The notes beneath the pieces are model-generated. The model was not told the DNA's origin. It worked only from the letters and a program-made list of their open reading frames with translations, and did no database searches. Source: a virus. Taken from it: a DNA stretch of 64,000 bases. The translations under genes were made by a program, and so were the position numbers. Of this stretch, positions 9,289 to 21,036 are shown piece by piece; the stretch's first letter is position 1; each line of letters opens with the position of its first letter. Where the stretch lies: positions 1-64,000 of the IMG/VR virus record IMGVR_UViG_3300020438_000014; one strand, written 5' to 3'.

Positions 9289-9317
9289 ATTATACTATAT
9301 TAAATGATATTTGTCAA
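9289..9317 (-). promoter_or_regulatory. consensus sigma70 promoter for the ncRNA unit
   Basis: TTGACA-17nt-TATAAT. Confidence 0.85.
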
Positions 9318-9470
9318 GTATTATTTTGCTTTTCTTGAATTTCTTTTTTATCTTCCAACTCATCATGTATTAAAGCTTGTATTCTCCATAGTCCATGATT
9401 GTTAATAGTAAGATCTAATTTTCTTTGAAGTAAGTCTCTTATCTGCATAACAAGATAATGATGTTCTGTA

Positions 9471-12048
9471 TCAATCATGTGCAGTCTCGTAAAACTCCTT
9501 GTTTACTTCTCCGTCTTGCTTGACTACTCTAAGTTCTTCGGTTTCGGCAGGGTATACATGACAAGGTTCGTCTGCTCCGTTTTGCTTGATGTACCAAGCA
9601 GGTGGATCGAGAGGTTGTACAAGCATTCCGATAAAACCATATTCTACAAAATACTTCTTGACGATTGATTCGCCAATTCCATTAATTTTTACATTCAGCT
9701 TAGTTCCAATCTTTGGAATGGCGTGAGTACTTACCCATGCGAGTTGTTCAAACTCGGTATATGAGCCTACAGGTTGTTCTACTTTTGGATGCATAATTAA
9801 ACAATAATTCCTTTTAATCTAAGTCGTGCCTTCATCTCGGCATACTTTTGTTTTCTTTCTTTGTCGGCTTTTTCTGCCAACATTGTATGATAATAGATAC
9901 TATCTTCGGGGATTGATCCATAATTGGCAAACTTACCTTGCTTGTTCGCAGGGGTATACTTACCATTCTGAATCTCGTTCATAACTTGTGATGCTCTCGC
10001 ATTTTTCGCAATACTCATAATTTCCTTTCTTTCGCAATTAGTGGTTGATGTCTTTAATTATAGCAGATTACTTGGAGTTGTCAAGCCTTTTTTTGTTGAA
10101 CTTGCTTTTTCCTCCGAAAGCTCCTGTTGGAGTAGCTTGTCCACCTTTCGATCCACGCATTCCTTTGCCCAATTTCTTCTTGCCGATAAGATATTTGTTC
10201 ATATTCATTGTATAAATTATTTTATGTAATTAAATTCGGGCGATTCAGTCCACATTCCTTTCGCCCTCTTTCCATTGTCTGTCTTTAGGTTGATCGTTCG
10301 CTCTAAATGCTCGATCATTGCCTTGTCTTCATCATCCATTCCACCTTGCATCTCAGATGTGGTTATTATTTCGTTTATTTGATCTAATATTTCGTCAATC
10401 TCTCTTCTTATATGTGTCATTGTTATTTAGACCTTAATATTTGTGCAATTAAAATTAGATTCTGATTCATTTTTTCTAATTCTTCGGCAATTTTCTTTAT
10501 ATTATCTTCCATATTATATTTCGTTTGTTATTTTCAGTAAATATTTCTTCAAATTAACTGACTCACTTAATGCTCGCTCAGTATTATCTTGCTCTAAGAA
10601 GAATTGTATTGACTCATTGGTTGTAATAATAGTCTCAGACTCAACTGCACTAAAATTAACAATATTTTGTTCAATTAATTCTAATATTTCTTGACTCAAT
10701 TCGAGAACCTTGATTACATCTTCGTCTAAATCGTCAATCATTAAAAATCTTTTGTTATATTAAGTAGATATTTAAGAGTATGCTTTGCGTTCCACAATGC
10801 TTTGTCTTTATCTTTTACTTCAACATAGTATTCCATGCTCTTATTGCATAGATTTAAGTATTCAGCTTGCTCATCTGTGAGCGAATCAACTTTGTTTTGA
10901 AATATGTCGCATATTTCGCCACTTATTCTTTGTATTTCATCCATATTTTTGTGCAATTAAGTGTTATCTTCTTGTTCTTTTTCTTCTAATAGTTTTATTT
11001 TTAGTTCCAAAACCTGTTTTACCTCATCGGGAGCATCTTCGCTCATCTTTCTGAGCATTTCAAGCTCATTATCGTAAGGAAAAGGTGGAACTTCGGGAAA
11101 TTCTTGTTCTGTATTACTATCTTCTTCGCTCATTTATACATATATTCTACTATACTACATTGAGAATGTCAAGAAAAAAATGTAAATAATTGATAATAAA
11201 CAATTTAATCTATTAATCTTTGTAATAAGTTGGAAATCCGTGAGAATTTCTTTTAATACAAGGCTTCTTCTGCGATTTGGTCTGCTCTGTCTTCGGAGAT
11301 TTCTTTATTTGACATAATATTTTCTTCGATTGAGCGGTTATTTGCCTTGCTAATTTGAATAATTTTTTCATTTAATTGAGTTATTTGGTCTTGTAAATTT
11401 TGTATAGTATTTATTTCATCATTATTTGTCAAGCAATGCTCAACCAATTTTTTAAGACAATAATCTAATGTAGAAGAATAACAAACTAAATGCCACTTAT
11501 ATTCAATATTATTTGATGAATTATTTTGTACGATTGCCCCATCAACAGGTTTTCCGTTTCTTCCATACGGATTTTTTGCTTTTTGTTTTACTTTCTTTTC
11601 TTCAACACACAAGTTTAAAGAATCATATCTTCTTATTCTGTAATTTCCTATTTCGAGTTGCATTATTTTTTATTTGTTGTTAGCACTATATTATATAATA
11701 TTTTTTATATATTTAAATCGGGTACTCCACTTTAACCCATTTCGACCCAATCCTTACCACGCAATTTCCTGTATAAATTCATAATTATTTGCATATTATT
11801 AAGTTTTATAATATTTGGTTGGTGTTATTTGTATTGTATATGTTATTCTTTGTTATTAATTCCTTGATGTTATTAGACTCTATATGTTTTTCTATACTAT
11901 TATGTATATAATTTGATTGAGCTACATATCTACAAGGTTGAAGGTTGAGGCTCAAAAGTTGATTAAGACTATATGCCGTTTCCTTGTCGAGCTTTATATT
12001 ACTCTTGAGGGTTTTTCCGTTCTCCCAATTAATATAAGAATAAAGCAT
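9471..12048 (-). other. run of small hypothetical CDS (9471-9794, 9797-10018, 10217-10420, 10514-10741, 10741-10956, 11253-11663, 11806-12048)
   Basis: co-oriented ORFs, no recognisable motifs. Confidence 0.55.
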
Positions 12049-13244
12049 TACTCATAATCCCGAAATCCGATTGCATACGGAAACCTTGGGATTCCATCGG
12101 GAGTAAGCTGAAAGAATTTGATGGTTGCTAATTGACCAATATAATGTTTGCGATTGTCGTAGATTTCCTTGAGGTAGTCAAACGAACCTTTGATATTGGA
12201 ATTGAAAGTCTGCTTGGTCTTGTCGCAAAAGCATACAAGGTGCTTTGCAGTACCACTACGATTGCCATTGCCTACATCAATGTCGATTACTCGATACTCT
12301 GCATCAATGAATTCCTTACGCTTGAGAAGAGTCGTGCTACGCTTGTTCTCGTAACCTTCGTCCTTGCGAACCATTTGACCTTCGTAACCCAAGTCAAGGT
12401 ATTGACCATACAGATTGTCGAGATCATCTTCGGTATGAACTTCGGATGTTTCAACAAGCAATACATTATGTTGAATTATATTAGAGTTTTTATTCAACGC
12501 ATTTTTTAGTTGAGTAAAACGCATATCGAATATAGTTTTCTCTGTGCATGAGTCATCAAGATAAGGAACATCATATACATGATATTCGATAGTCTCTTCT
12601 GCTTCTGAGAGTCTTTCTTCGTATTCAGTAACCTTCTTGGCGAAAGCATTGTCTGTCATCTTTGCTGACTTGACAGGTTTTTGCTTGCGAACAAGTGAGG
12701 TGATCTTGTTGAAATTGTCTCGCAGATCGTGATTGTACAACTCTCCATCGAGGATAGCGTTTGGATAAGCGAGAAAGAAGCTATTGAGGCTTTTCAGAAT
12801 GTGAGGAATACATTCTATCTCCTTGCCATTGCGAGTGCGTCCTACGAGCGTATCGTCTTCCATGCGAACAACGCAACGAATACCATCGAGCTTTGGTTGA
12901 GAATAGATAGGATACTTGAGTTCACTTTTACGATCCTTGTAGTTGTGTGCAAGCATCGGTTCATAGAACTTTTTTTCTTGTGCATCTATCTCGTTGAGGG
13001 CATAGCCCGAATCGAGTTTCTTTTGAAACTTTGATTGAGCTTGCAAAACTGCTTGCTCTTCGGGAGTCGTTTCGTTTGAACGACCAACATTCTTGGAAAT
13101 TGTTTGAGTCGGCTTGTCTTGAGTCTTCTTGCCTTCGACAAGACCCTTGACTGCATAAAATGAATTACCATCTATATGCATAGTCCATTCACGCAATTTA
13201 CCTTTGGTATCTACTTTGTAGAGTGTTTGCAATTTTTTCGTCAT
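12048..13244 (-). CDS. lig: ATP-dependent DNA ligase
   Basis: KLDGIR motif I, LDGELY, EGQMVR, LLKRK, GIPRFP. Confidence 0.95.
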   Translation of the reverse strand: MTKKLQTLYKVDTKGKLREWTMHIDGNSFYAVKGLVEGKKTQDKPTQTISKNVGRSNETTPEEQAVLQAQSKFQKKLDSGYALNEIDAQEKKFYEPMLAHNYKDRKSELKYPIYSQPKLDGIRCVVRMEDDTLVGRTRNGKEIECIPHILKSLNSFFLAYPNAILDGELYNHDLRDNFNKITSLVRKQKPVKSAKMTDNAFAKKVTEYEERLSEAEETIEYHVYDVPYLDDSCTEKTIFDMRFTQLKNALNKNSNIIQHNVLLVETSEVHTEDDLDNLYGQYLDLGYEGQMVRKDEGYENKRSTTLLKRKEFIDAEYRVIDIDVGNGNRSGTAKHLVCFCDKTKQTFNSNIKGSFDYLKEIYDNRKHYIGQLATIKFFQLTPDGIPRFPYAIGFRDYE

Positions 13245-13283
13245 AAGTATATAATACTAAATTTTGGCTTGCTTGTCAAGCAT

Positions 13284-16200
13284 TTAAATTAACTTTTGTA
13301 AAACTCGCAACTCTCTCATTCCAAGATAGTTAGACAAGTATACGCAAAAATCTATTAAATTAGCTCGATTTGAAAATGTAACATCATGTCGAATGTAATC
13401 TGCTACTTGAGCATATTGACCATCTTGCCAACGCTCTGTTAGTTGTAAAAATAAATTACTTTGATTATCTTCTGCCATTGGTTTAATTAACTTCTTCATT
13501 GTCCCAAGGGAATGTTTCAATTTGATCTAAAATTTCGTTCAAGCAACTTAGTTCTAATATATATGCTTGCTCTTCTGCTTGATCGTTTGTTTGTGCGTAA
13601 GCACAATACTCCATTCTTTCGTATATTTTATTTATTATTTCTTGCATTTAATTTCTCCAACTTGATTGTTTTAATGAAAGTTTGATTTGTTTGAAATTCA
13701 AGAAAACATGATTAAGTTTATTTAAATAATTTTTGTTTTTATTTAAGTAGTCAATCATGTTCATCTTTGAATGAAATCCTATTACTTCAGTTTCTTCCCC
13801 TACTTTATGTGATATATTATATTGGAACTTCTTCAATGTGTCAAGCCTTAATTACCTTGATCCACCATTGACTGCATCAGCAAGACTTTCTTTTGCTTGC
13901 CTTCTGTTTGCCTCTGCGAGTTCTTCTTGCACTAAGACATTTATTCTCTCCATATCTTCCACATAAATTTCGGGGTAATATTTTTCGAGAACCTTCGCAA
14001 TGTCTTCTGTGCAGTCGTAAAATGTCTCCATTGTGCTTTTTTCTTTTTTTGTTTCCATAAAATTTTCTATTGGATTAGATATTGATTGTCTAATGCAACC
14101 TTCTATTGTGGAGTATCCTAACATAAATTTTTATTCAATTAAGGCGAAAGACCTTCTTCTCGGTCTTGCTCTTGTTGATCTCTATATCCTTCTATATTGT
14201 CGATGTTTAAGCTATATACTCTGCCTACTGCCCTTGATGCAACGATAAGTTCATGCTCGATCTCATCTTTGTTGGTTGGGCAATGCTCTGCTTCAATAAG
14301 CAAGTCTTCAATTAGGGAATTGAGTTGATCCTCAATATCCATTACTCTTTCAAAAATTTTGTTCATGCTTACAATAGTAGATCAAAAAGTGGATTGTGTC
14401 AAGCTTTTTTTACCAAACAAGGCAAACTCTGTTTCCATCTTCGTCTTCATGTCCACCACTACAAACCCAATTCCTCATAAAAACTACTGCATTTAATTGA
14501 GCATGAGGTATTCTACCCGACTCCGAATCCATCTTCTCTGCTTTTGCGTGAGTCCTATATTCGTGGATCACTTCGTCTATGAGTTTAAGAACCTTATCCT
14601 GTGCATAAGACTTTCCCAACTCATATCCATCCTCTACTCCACCTTCATGCCCATTGTGCAATCCTGCTTCTTCGCCATCTCTATATCCTTTTTCATATCC
14701 TGCATCGTAATCATCCATTATTTCATGCGACATATTTTTTTAATACTCCGTTTTCCATATTTAATTCTCGCTCAATCTCAGACATTACTTTTTCACCTAT
14801 TTCAATGTCATTCATAATGTCAACACTTAAAGTGTCAAGCAATTTAATAAGATTTTCTCCCATTTTATTTCGGTTTTCTTCTCCGATAAAAAAAATATTG
14901 TCAGCAGTTACAAGCATAAGATCATCCATTTTAATGATGATCGCATTTACTGCATCTGAATTACCTCTTAATCCTAATTTTATTTTCATCTTTTACTTTT
15001 AAAATTAAATCTGCTCTTGAGCTTTCTTTCTTTTCTACATTCTCCCATACAATATTATTTTTATCAAGACTGATACTGATTAACATTAACTTTCTATACA
15101 ATGGATAGAACATTATGCTTGTTATGTTGTACTGCAAGAGATGAGAAACTAAGTCTCCTAAAAAATAGAAGACCATACTCAAATATGTTTTCATTAATAT
15201 TTTACTTTATTTCCACCTAAAAAATAATTAGGTTCTTTTTTAAGTTCTTCGGGAATATCCAATCTCTCAACATCAACATATTCTTGAAGAAAAAATTTAA
15301 AAGCATCTGTATCGTTATTCTCTTGAGCGATTCTGATTTGTTCTAAATATTCTAATTCAAGTAATTTATTTTTCTTGTCTTGAACCAAGAGAGAATCTAT
15401 TTCTCTTTGAATTTCTTTTGGCTTTTGTTCTTTGGTTTCAGTTTCAATTATAGCAGATTGATTGCATCCTGTCAAGAATAAAAGTATAATTAGGGTAATC
15501 TTGTTCATATTATATATTATTAGTTACACTCCATGCTTTCCACTAATTCTAATAATTTGTTTCATTATTCGTTCGTGATCTTTAATGTATTGTAGCATTG
15601 GCAACAAGACATTATTTATCAAGCTAATAGTTTCTTCGCTATGATCGTCACTCAATCGAAGGATTTCTTTTTTTATTTTATCTTTTAAGCTCACTTTTTT
15701 TCGATTGGTGGAAATCTTCCCCAATCTCCCATTCCATCGTAATCTGCTTCGTCTCCTAACTGCTCTAAAATTTTTTCGTGTTTATCTATCAAGTTATCAA
15801 TTTCAGATTCAGTCAGATTTGGACTTTTCTTTTTTACGAATAAATTAAATCTATGTAAATGAAATAACTTTAATATTTTTTTTATAAAGTTCATTATGCA
15901 ACCATTCCTATATCTTCTCCATTCTTAAAAGGAACGACAACATCAATCAAGAATCTACGAACGGACTCAGTTATATCTAAAATTTCTTGGAATTGAATAT
16001 GACTCATTGGATTTGAGTCTCCTTGTCCACCATAACAAAAGCGATAACCTTCATCAAGTGGAGCGGAATTTCCGTTACTAACTCTCGCATAGTTTCCGTT
16101 TTGATCTCTCTGCCATTCCCAAGGTTGATGAAAGGATTGAATGTAAATCAACGCATCTACGGAAGCGATATTGTTACCGACACTATCTTTTCTTGGTCTG

Positions 16201-18254
16201 TAATCAATAAAATCTAAATTCGCTATCGGGTATTCTGACTTCATATCCTTGAGCCACACATGAACTGCACGATAGTTTTCACGACCATAGTGCCTTGCGT
16301 TGTGATAATTGTTATGGTATACCTTCCCATTAGTGAGTTTGCACATTTGAACATCACGATCACTCTTGCTCTTATAGCTCAATACATTTTCTTGTGGAAC
16401 TACCTTCTTAACAAGATTATTACTTTTGAAGATAATATCTTGCGGAGTCCATGTGTTCCAATTTACTTTAGCTTTATCAAAATAATTATTCATTATATTC
16501 CTTGTTGTTTTTTTGTTCGCTTCGTGTTAGATTGTATTCTGTTTCCTTTATGAAAGGATGTTTTTTTAAAAATTGTTCTTTACTTAGTTCTTCAAAATCT
16601 TTCATCTTTTTATGGTCATCCAAGAAGTCGTGAATCTCGTATCCATCTTTGGTCATCTCGTCCCATATCTTTACATCATCTGCAACCCAAGAAAAAAAAT
16701 CATTCACTAATTCGATTGACTTCAATACATCAAGTTGAGTATCGTCTCTATTTCCCAATGCAGAAACTTCTGCTTCGTTCAATACAATATCAATCGCCCT
16801 TCTTAAATTCATTCTACTTCAACTTTGTCTTCGTTGTCTTCAGAGGTTGCAACTATTAATAGTTTAACATCCTTGCCTTCTCCTGTCAAGCCTAAAGTTT
16901 GTACAACTTCCCCAAAGATTGATCCATCTTCGGGACTAATGCTGACCCAAGCACAATTCTGTTCGCCATCATCGGTTGTGTAAACATCCCATTCAAATTC
17001 CTTGAGTCTTGCTTTTTGGTATTTTGTTAATCTCATAATAATTTTTTTACATTAAGAACATTCAAAACTCGATAGCTCCCAAGCATCTTCAAAAGAAATT
17101 AACGCTTCAGTATCTCCACCAATATAATCTCCGTAAAAGCCATAATCATTTTCAACGATCAATGTATTCCTTGACCTATGAATAGATTTTACTTTACCTT
17201 CCTGTTCAATATCGCTTTTAAAGCCAACCCAATCGCCAACTTTAATCTCAAAAGTTTCATCCCATTTATTAGTAATTTTCATAAATCCCATTCTCCTTGT
17301 ATAATGTTATCTATATCTTGCATTGCTTTATCATAAGCAGTATTTTCGCTTGTGTCATCGCATTCATCATCATAAAGCTCAAGTACATCCTCTGCATGAT
17401 GTTGAGGTATTTGCTCTCGCTTTACCAACTCTCTTAAATGTGCAATTAGATATTCTCTCATTGCTCATGTGATTGCTCAAATGTCTCATCAATCTCTTCT
17501 GCTAAGTCATAGAGAGCGTCTATACGCTTTTCGAGGTGCATGATGTACTTGACCTCATCTGATTCACGACTATACATCCATTCTAACTCCATTTCCAAAT
17601 CCTTAATTTCTTTTCGGATTTCGATGAATCTTTCTCTGCTTTCTTGTACTTTATTCAAAATCTTAAAATCCATTAGAAAATAAATTCGTCATAGACGAAC
17701 AAAGGCTTGTTAGGGTTATCCATTGGCTGAATTGTCCCAAGCGTATTGTATTCAAAATATTCAATAGCTTCCTCTTCGGTCATGCCGTCTTCATCCATAA
17801 ACGCACGAATAATTTTATTCGATGAGTATACAACTCTTCCATCGGGATCAATCCCAATGATTGCACAATTAAAGGTTGAGCGAGGCTCAAGCACTATTGA
17901 ATCGGGGTTGATTTCTGATACTTGATCTAAAATATATTCTTGTTCTGTTTGTATGTCTTGCATAATTTCGTTTGTTAGTTTTTCTTCAAAGCAATCGTCC
18001 GAAAGGTTTTCAGAGTCATCCATAAATTTATCGTTTATCATGTTATGATTCTACGAAATACTTTCGAGTTTGTCAACACTTAAATTCATACATTCTGATA
18101 ATGTCAAATCATCCTTTGAGTGATTAATACTAATGCTGATTCTATCATCGTATTCGGTATCCTCTGTTGGAATAAAGTTAAACCCACAAATTTCTCCGTT
18201 CAGTAAACTTTGAATTTCTTCTTGTCCTAAAACTAATTTTATATTATATTCCAT
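13284..18254 (-). other. dense cluster of about 17 small hypothetical CDS
   Basis: abutting minus-strand ORFs of 60-200 aa with stop/start overlaps. Confidence 0.6.
15194..15508 (-). CDS. putative lipoprotein
   Basis: signal peptide ending LTGC; similar to 38591-38836. Confidence 0.6.
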   Translation of the reverse strand: MNKITLIILLFLTGCNQSAIIETETKEQKPKEIQREIDSLLVQDKKNKLLELEYLEQIRIAQENNDTDAFKFFLQEYVDVERLDIPEELKKEPNYFLGGNKVKY

Positions 18255-18410
18255 ATTACTTAATACTCTCTAAAAAACTTTTCATTAATTTTACATGATA
18301 GTGCATTAACACTAACTCCGATTTATCGTATTGATCTTGTATGTGACCGATAAGTAAATAATGCTCTGTGCAATCAATTAAATCTTGTAATGCTAATTTT
18401 TCTTTGTTGT

Positions 18411-19175
18411 TCATGCTTCTAAGCAGTAACTCCAATAGCGAGAATTCCTTCTGCCTTGAACCTTATTCCAATAAATTTCTCTTGCAACATTTGGAGCGAC
18501 TCCATACTTGTCGCAACGAGCAAGCCACTCGTTTTCCATTTCTTGATAATCCTTAATGTTTTTTGTATGACCCTTAGTAAGATCATGCCCCATAAAGCGA
18601 AGTAAGTGAACATCAAGACAACATAATTGTGATTCAATGGGATTTGATAACGCAATAGCATAAGTAGTTTTTGCATTACCTAATCCATAAATTGATCCAA
18701 TTAAACGATTGCGACATTCTTGCCAAGTCTCGTTATCTTGTTTGTAAAACTGATTAGGATTTTCACGAAACTTTTCTACAAGTTGCCAAAGTCCAATGTT
18801 CCTACGCTTGTTGATTCCAACTCTTGCGTCAGTAACCATCTTAGCTAAGACATCCTTGTCAAGAGTCCAAGACATATCTCTTGTTGCGTATTCGTATCCA
18901 CGCACATTAGACTCCCAAGTCGTATGAACAGACATGATTGCAAATACCCAACGCTTAAAGCATTCTGCATGAGAATCAACGCTAAGTGAATTCCAATAAT
19001 CTGTTTCAGTCTTAACTAATTTCAGCGAAAGTTTATCAAAAAACCTATCAAGGTCTTTACTTGACTTGGTTTTCTGTAATGCAATCGCATTTTTTTGTAG
19101 GCTTTCGATTGGGCTTACCGAATCAACAATCTTTTCGACTACTGACTTTTTCAATGTGTGTTCTGCAATGTTCAT
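18411..19175 (-). CDS. HhH-type DNA glycosylase/AP lyase (Ogg-like)
   Basis: IYGLGNAKT helix-hairpin-helix with Lys, LDVHLLR catalytic Asp motif. Confidence 0.65.
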   Translation of the reverse strand: MNIAEHTLKKSVVEKIVDSVSPIESLQKNAIALQKTKSSKDLDRFFDKLSLKLVKTETDYWNSLSVDSHAECFKRWVFAIMSVHTTWESNVRGYEYATRDMSWTLDKDVLAKMVTDARVGINKRRNIGLWQLVEKFRENPNQFYKQDNETWQECRNRLIGSIYGLGNAKTTYAIALSNPIESQLCCLDVHLLRFMGHDLTKGHTKNIKDYQEMENEWLARCDKYGVAPNVAREIYWNKVQGRRNSRYWSYCLEA

Positions 19176-19210
19176 AATATATAGTATGACAGGTTTTTCG
19201 GGAATGTCAA

Positions 19211-19246
<36 letters not shown>

Positions 19247-19252
19247 ATTTGG

Positions 19253-19657
19253 TTAAATTTCTGCGAAATCGAATACAACAGGCTTATCTTTAATTGATCC
19301 ACAATTTTGTGGAATTACATCCAAGTGCTGACAAGCATGGTATCCTAATTTTTCTAAAATTTTATTGTAATTAAGTTCTTGGTTTTTTGTATTTGCTCTT
19401 TGTTGAATCACGATTTGATTGTCTGCAAAATATGGTTTAACATAAAAATCTTTTAGCTTATTTGGAACTTCTGAAAACTCATCGTTGAGGGAGTCGGCTA
19501 TTTTAATTACATAACCTAACTTTTTTTTCGAGTAAACTGATTTGTAAGAACCACAACCAATTTTCTTGAACCCTCTTTTGATGATTTGTTTTAGGAATTT
19601 TTTTGTATCTTTAAGTTCCAAGTAGAGGCATAATGCCTGTGACTTGGTGAACTTCAC
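19253..19657 (-). CDS. minimal protein-kinase-like protein
   Basis: IGCGSYKSVY Gly loop, VIK, LDVIPQN, VVFDF. Confidence 0.6.
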   Translation of the reverse strand: MKFTKSQALCLYLELKDTKKFLKQIIKRGFKKIGCGSYKSVYSKKKLGYVIKIADSLNDEFSEVPNKLKDFYVKPYFADNQIVIQQRANTKNQELNYNKILEKLGYHACQHLDVIPQNCGSIKDKPVVFDFAEI

Positions 19658-19909
19658 TCAAGAAACTCCGATAAGAGAATCGTGAATCATGTGGCGAGTC
19701 TTATAGTCCAAAATTCTGCCCTCTTCGTCTTGAGGTAATTGATCCAACACCTCTTGAAAGTCAAGGTTTAAAACTTCGCATATACAAGCAATCTTGCGGT
19801 AGATTCCGATTTCTTTATACTTTAGGATTGCCCAAACAGAGTCTACTTGGGCTTCATTTGCTTGACTAATATGATCGAGCAAAAGCACATTTGTGTTTGT
19901 GTTATTCAT
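19658..19909 (-). CDS. hypothetical protein
   Basis: ORF downstream of rIIB. Confidence 0.6.
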   Translation of the reverse strand: MNNTNTNVLLLDHISQANEAQVDSVWAILKYKEIGIYRKIACICEVLNLDFQEVLDQLPQDEEGRILDYKTRHMIHDSLIGVS

Positions 19910-19927
19910 AATAAATTTTTCTTTCGA

Positions 19928-21004
19928 TTAAAATTCTTGTTGCACTCTCCACATTGACCTTGGAGTTCCGTAGTCTTCTGCCACATAATATCCTAAGTCA
20001 GATACAATGTCAAGGATTTCTCCGCAAGTCAGTTCCGAGCCTTTCATTCTGCTTTGAATCTGCTTGAGCGTTGGGGATTCTCCAACCTCATGCTTATTCT
20101 CTACATAATTTCTTATAGCTAAGATATTCTCGTTCTGCTCGTCATCCCAATCTTGGTCATCCGAATCATTGTAATCGTCATAATGATCGTCTTCATCCGA
20201 ATCCGATCCATAAATAGGCTTATTAGCCTCGTAGACAGGCTTATCAATCTCTTTGCGAGTATCGGTAATATCTGCCACTACCTTGTACTTGCAAACCCTT
20301 AGTTTTTGAAAATCACAATCCGTAGGAACAGAGACTGCATCTTCGGGGTCAAATTCGACAATAAGAAGTTTGCCATCGCTTCCCGCCCAAGAGTCTGCAT
20401 AATCGTAAGAACCGATATGGAGTCCGTAAGAGCAATGGTGACTACTATTGTCATCCACGCATCTACGAGCAATTTCAATGGTTTCTCCAACTCCGTTGTA
20501 AATTTGGTGACGAGCATTAGTCTCTCCTTTGACAACGATAGTATCTGCGTTGCCTGTGTTTGACCAATAGTCCGACTGAACACCCTTGTAACCAAGAACC
20601 TTTCCTTCGGGAGTCGTAGGTAAAGACTTGTAGCTTAAAAAGCTATACAATTCATTTACTGAATTTGCAGATGGATTCGATTGTAGCCTTGAGATGAAAT
20701 TCACCAATGGTGCAGAGTCTCTCATTCCCATTCGTAGCATCTCCAATAGCTTGTCTACAACGACTCCATGCAACCTATGACCCTTGTAATAGACCAATTC
20801 GTCTTTGACCTCAATATCTCCTTCGATAAAGTTTTCAACCGACTTCTTAATGTCGATTAAATCGCCAAGGTCTTCGTACCTTGCGTCAAAAATAGCTTGA
20901 CGAGCAAGAACGAAGTTAGGATGGTCACTCCTAAGAGTGTATGGCTTGCCATCCCAAAATATCGTTAGAGAACTTTCGCTTAGTGTGTATGGTACTTTCT
21001 TCAT
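19928..21004 (-). CDS. rIIB: rIIB-like protein
   Basis: GYKGV, CSYGLH, PEDAVSVPTD, KLRVCKY motifs; follows rIIA. Confidence 0.85.
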   Translation of the reverse strand: MKKVPYTLSESSLTIFWDGKPYTLRSDHPNFVLARQAIFDARYEDLGDLIDIKKSVENFIEGDIEVKDELVYYKGHRLHGVVVDKLLEMLRMGMRDSAPLVNFISRLQSNPSANSVNELYSFLSYKSLPTTPEGKVLGYKGVQSDYWSNTGNADTIVVKGETNARHQIYNGVGETIEIARRCVDDNSSHHCSYGLHIGSYDYADSWAGSDGKLLIVEFDPEDAVSVPTDCDFQKLRVCKYKVVADITDTRKEIDKPVYEANKPIYGSDSDEDDHYDDYNDSDDQDWDDEQNENILAIRNYVENKHEVGESPTLKQIQSRMKGSELTCGEILDIVSDLGYYVAEDYGTPRSMWRVQQEF

Positions 21005-21036
21005 ATTATATAGTATACTTAATTTTTATTAGTTTG

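Noticed and set aside
11135-11800. AT-rich gaps as replication origin
   Set aside because: No iterons or other supporting pattern seen.
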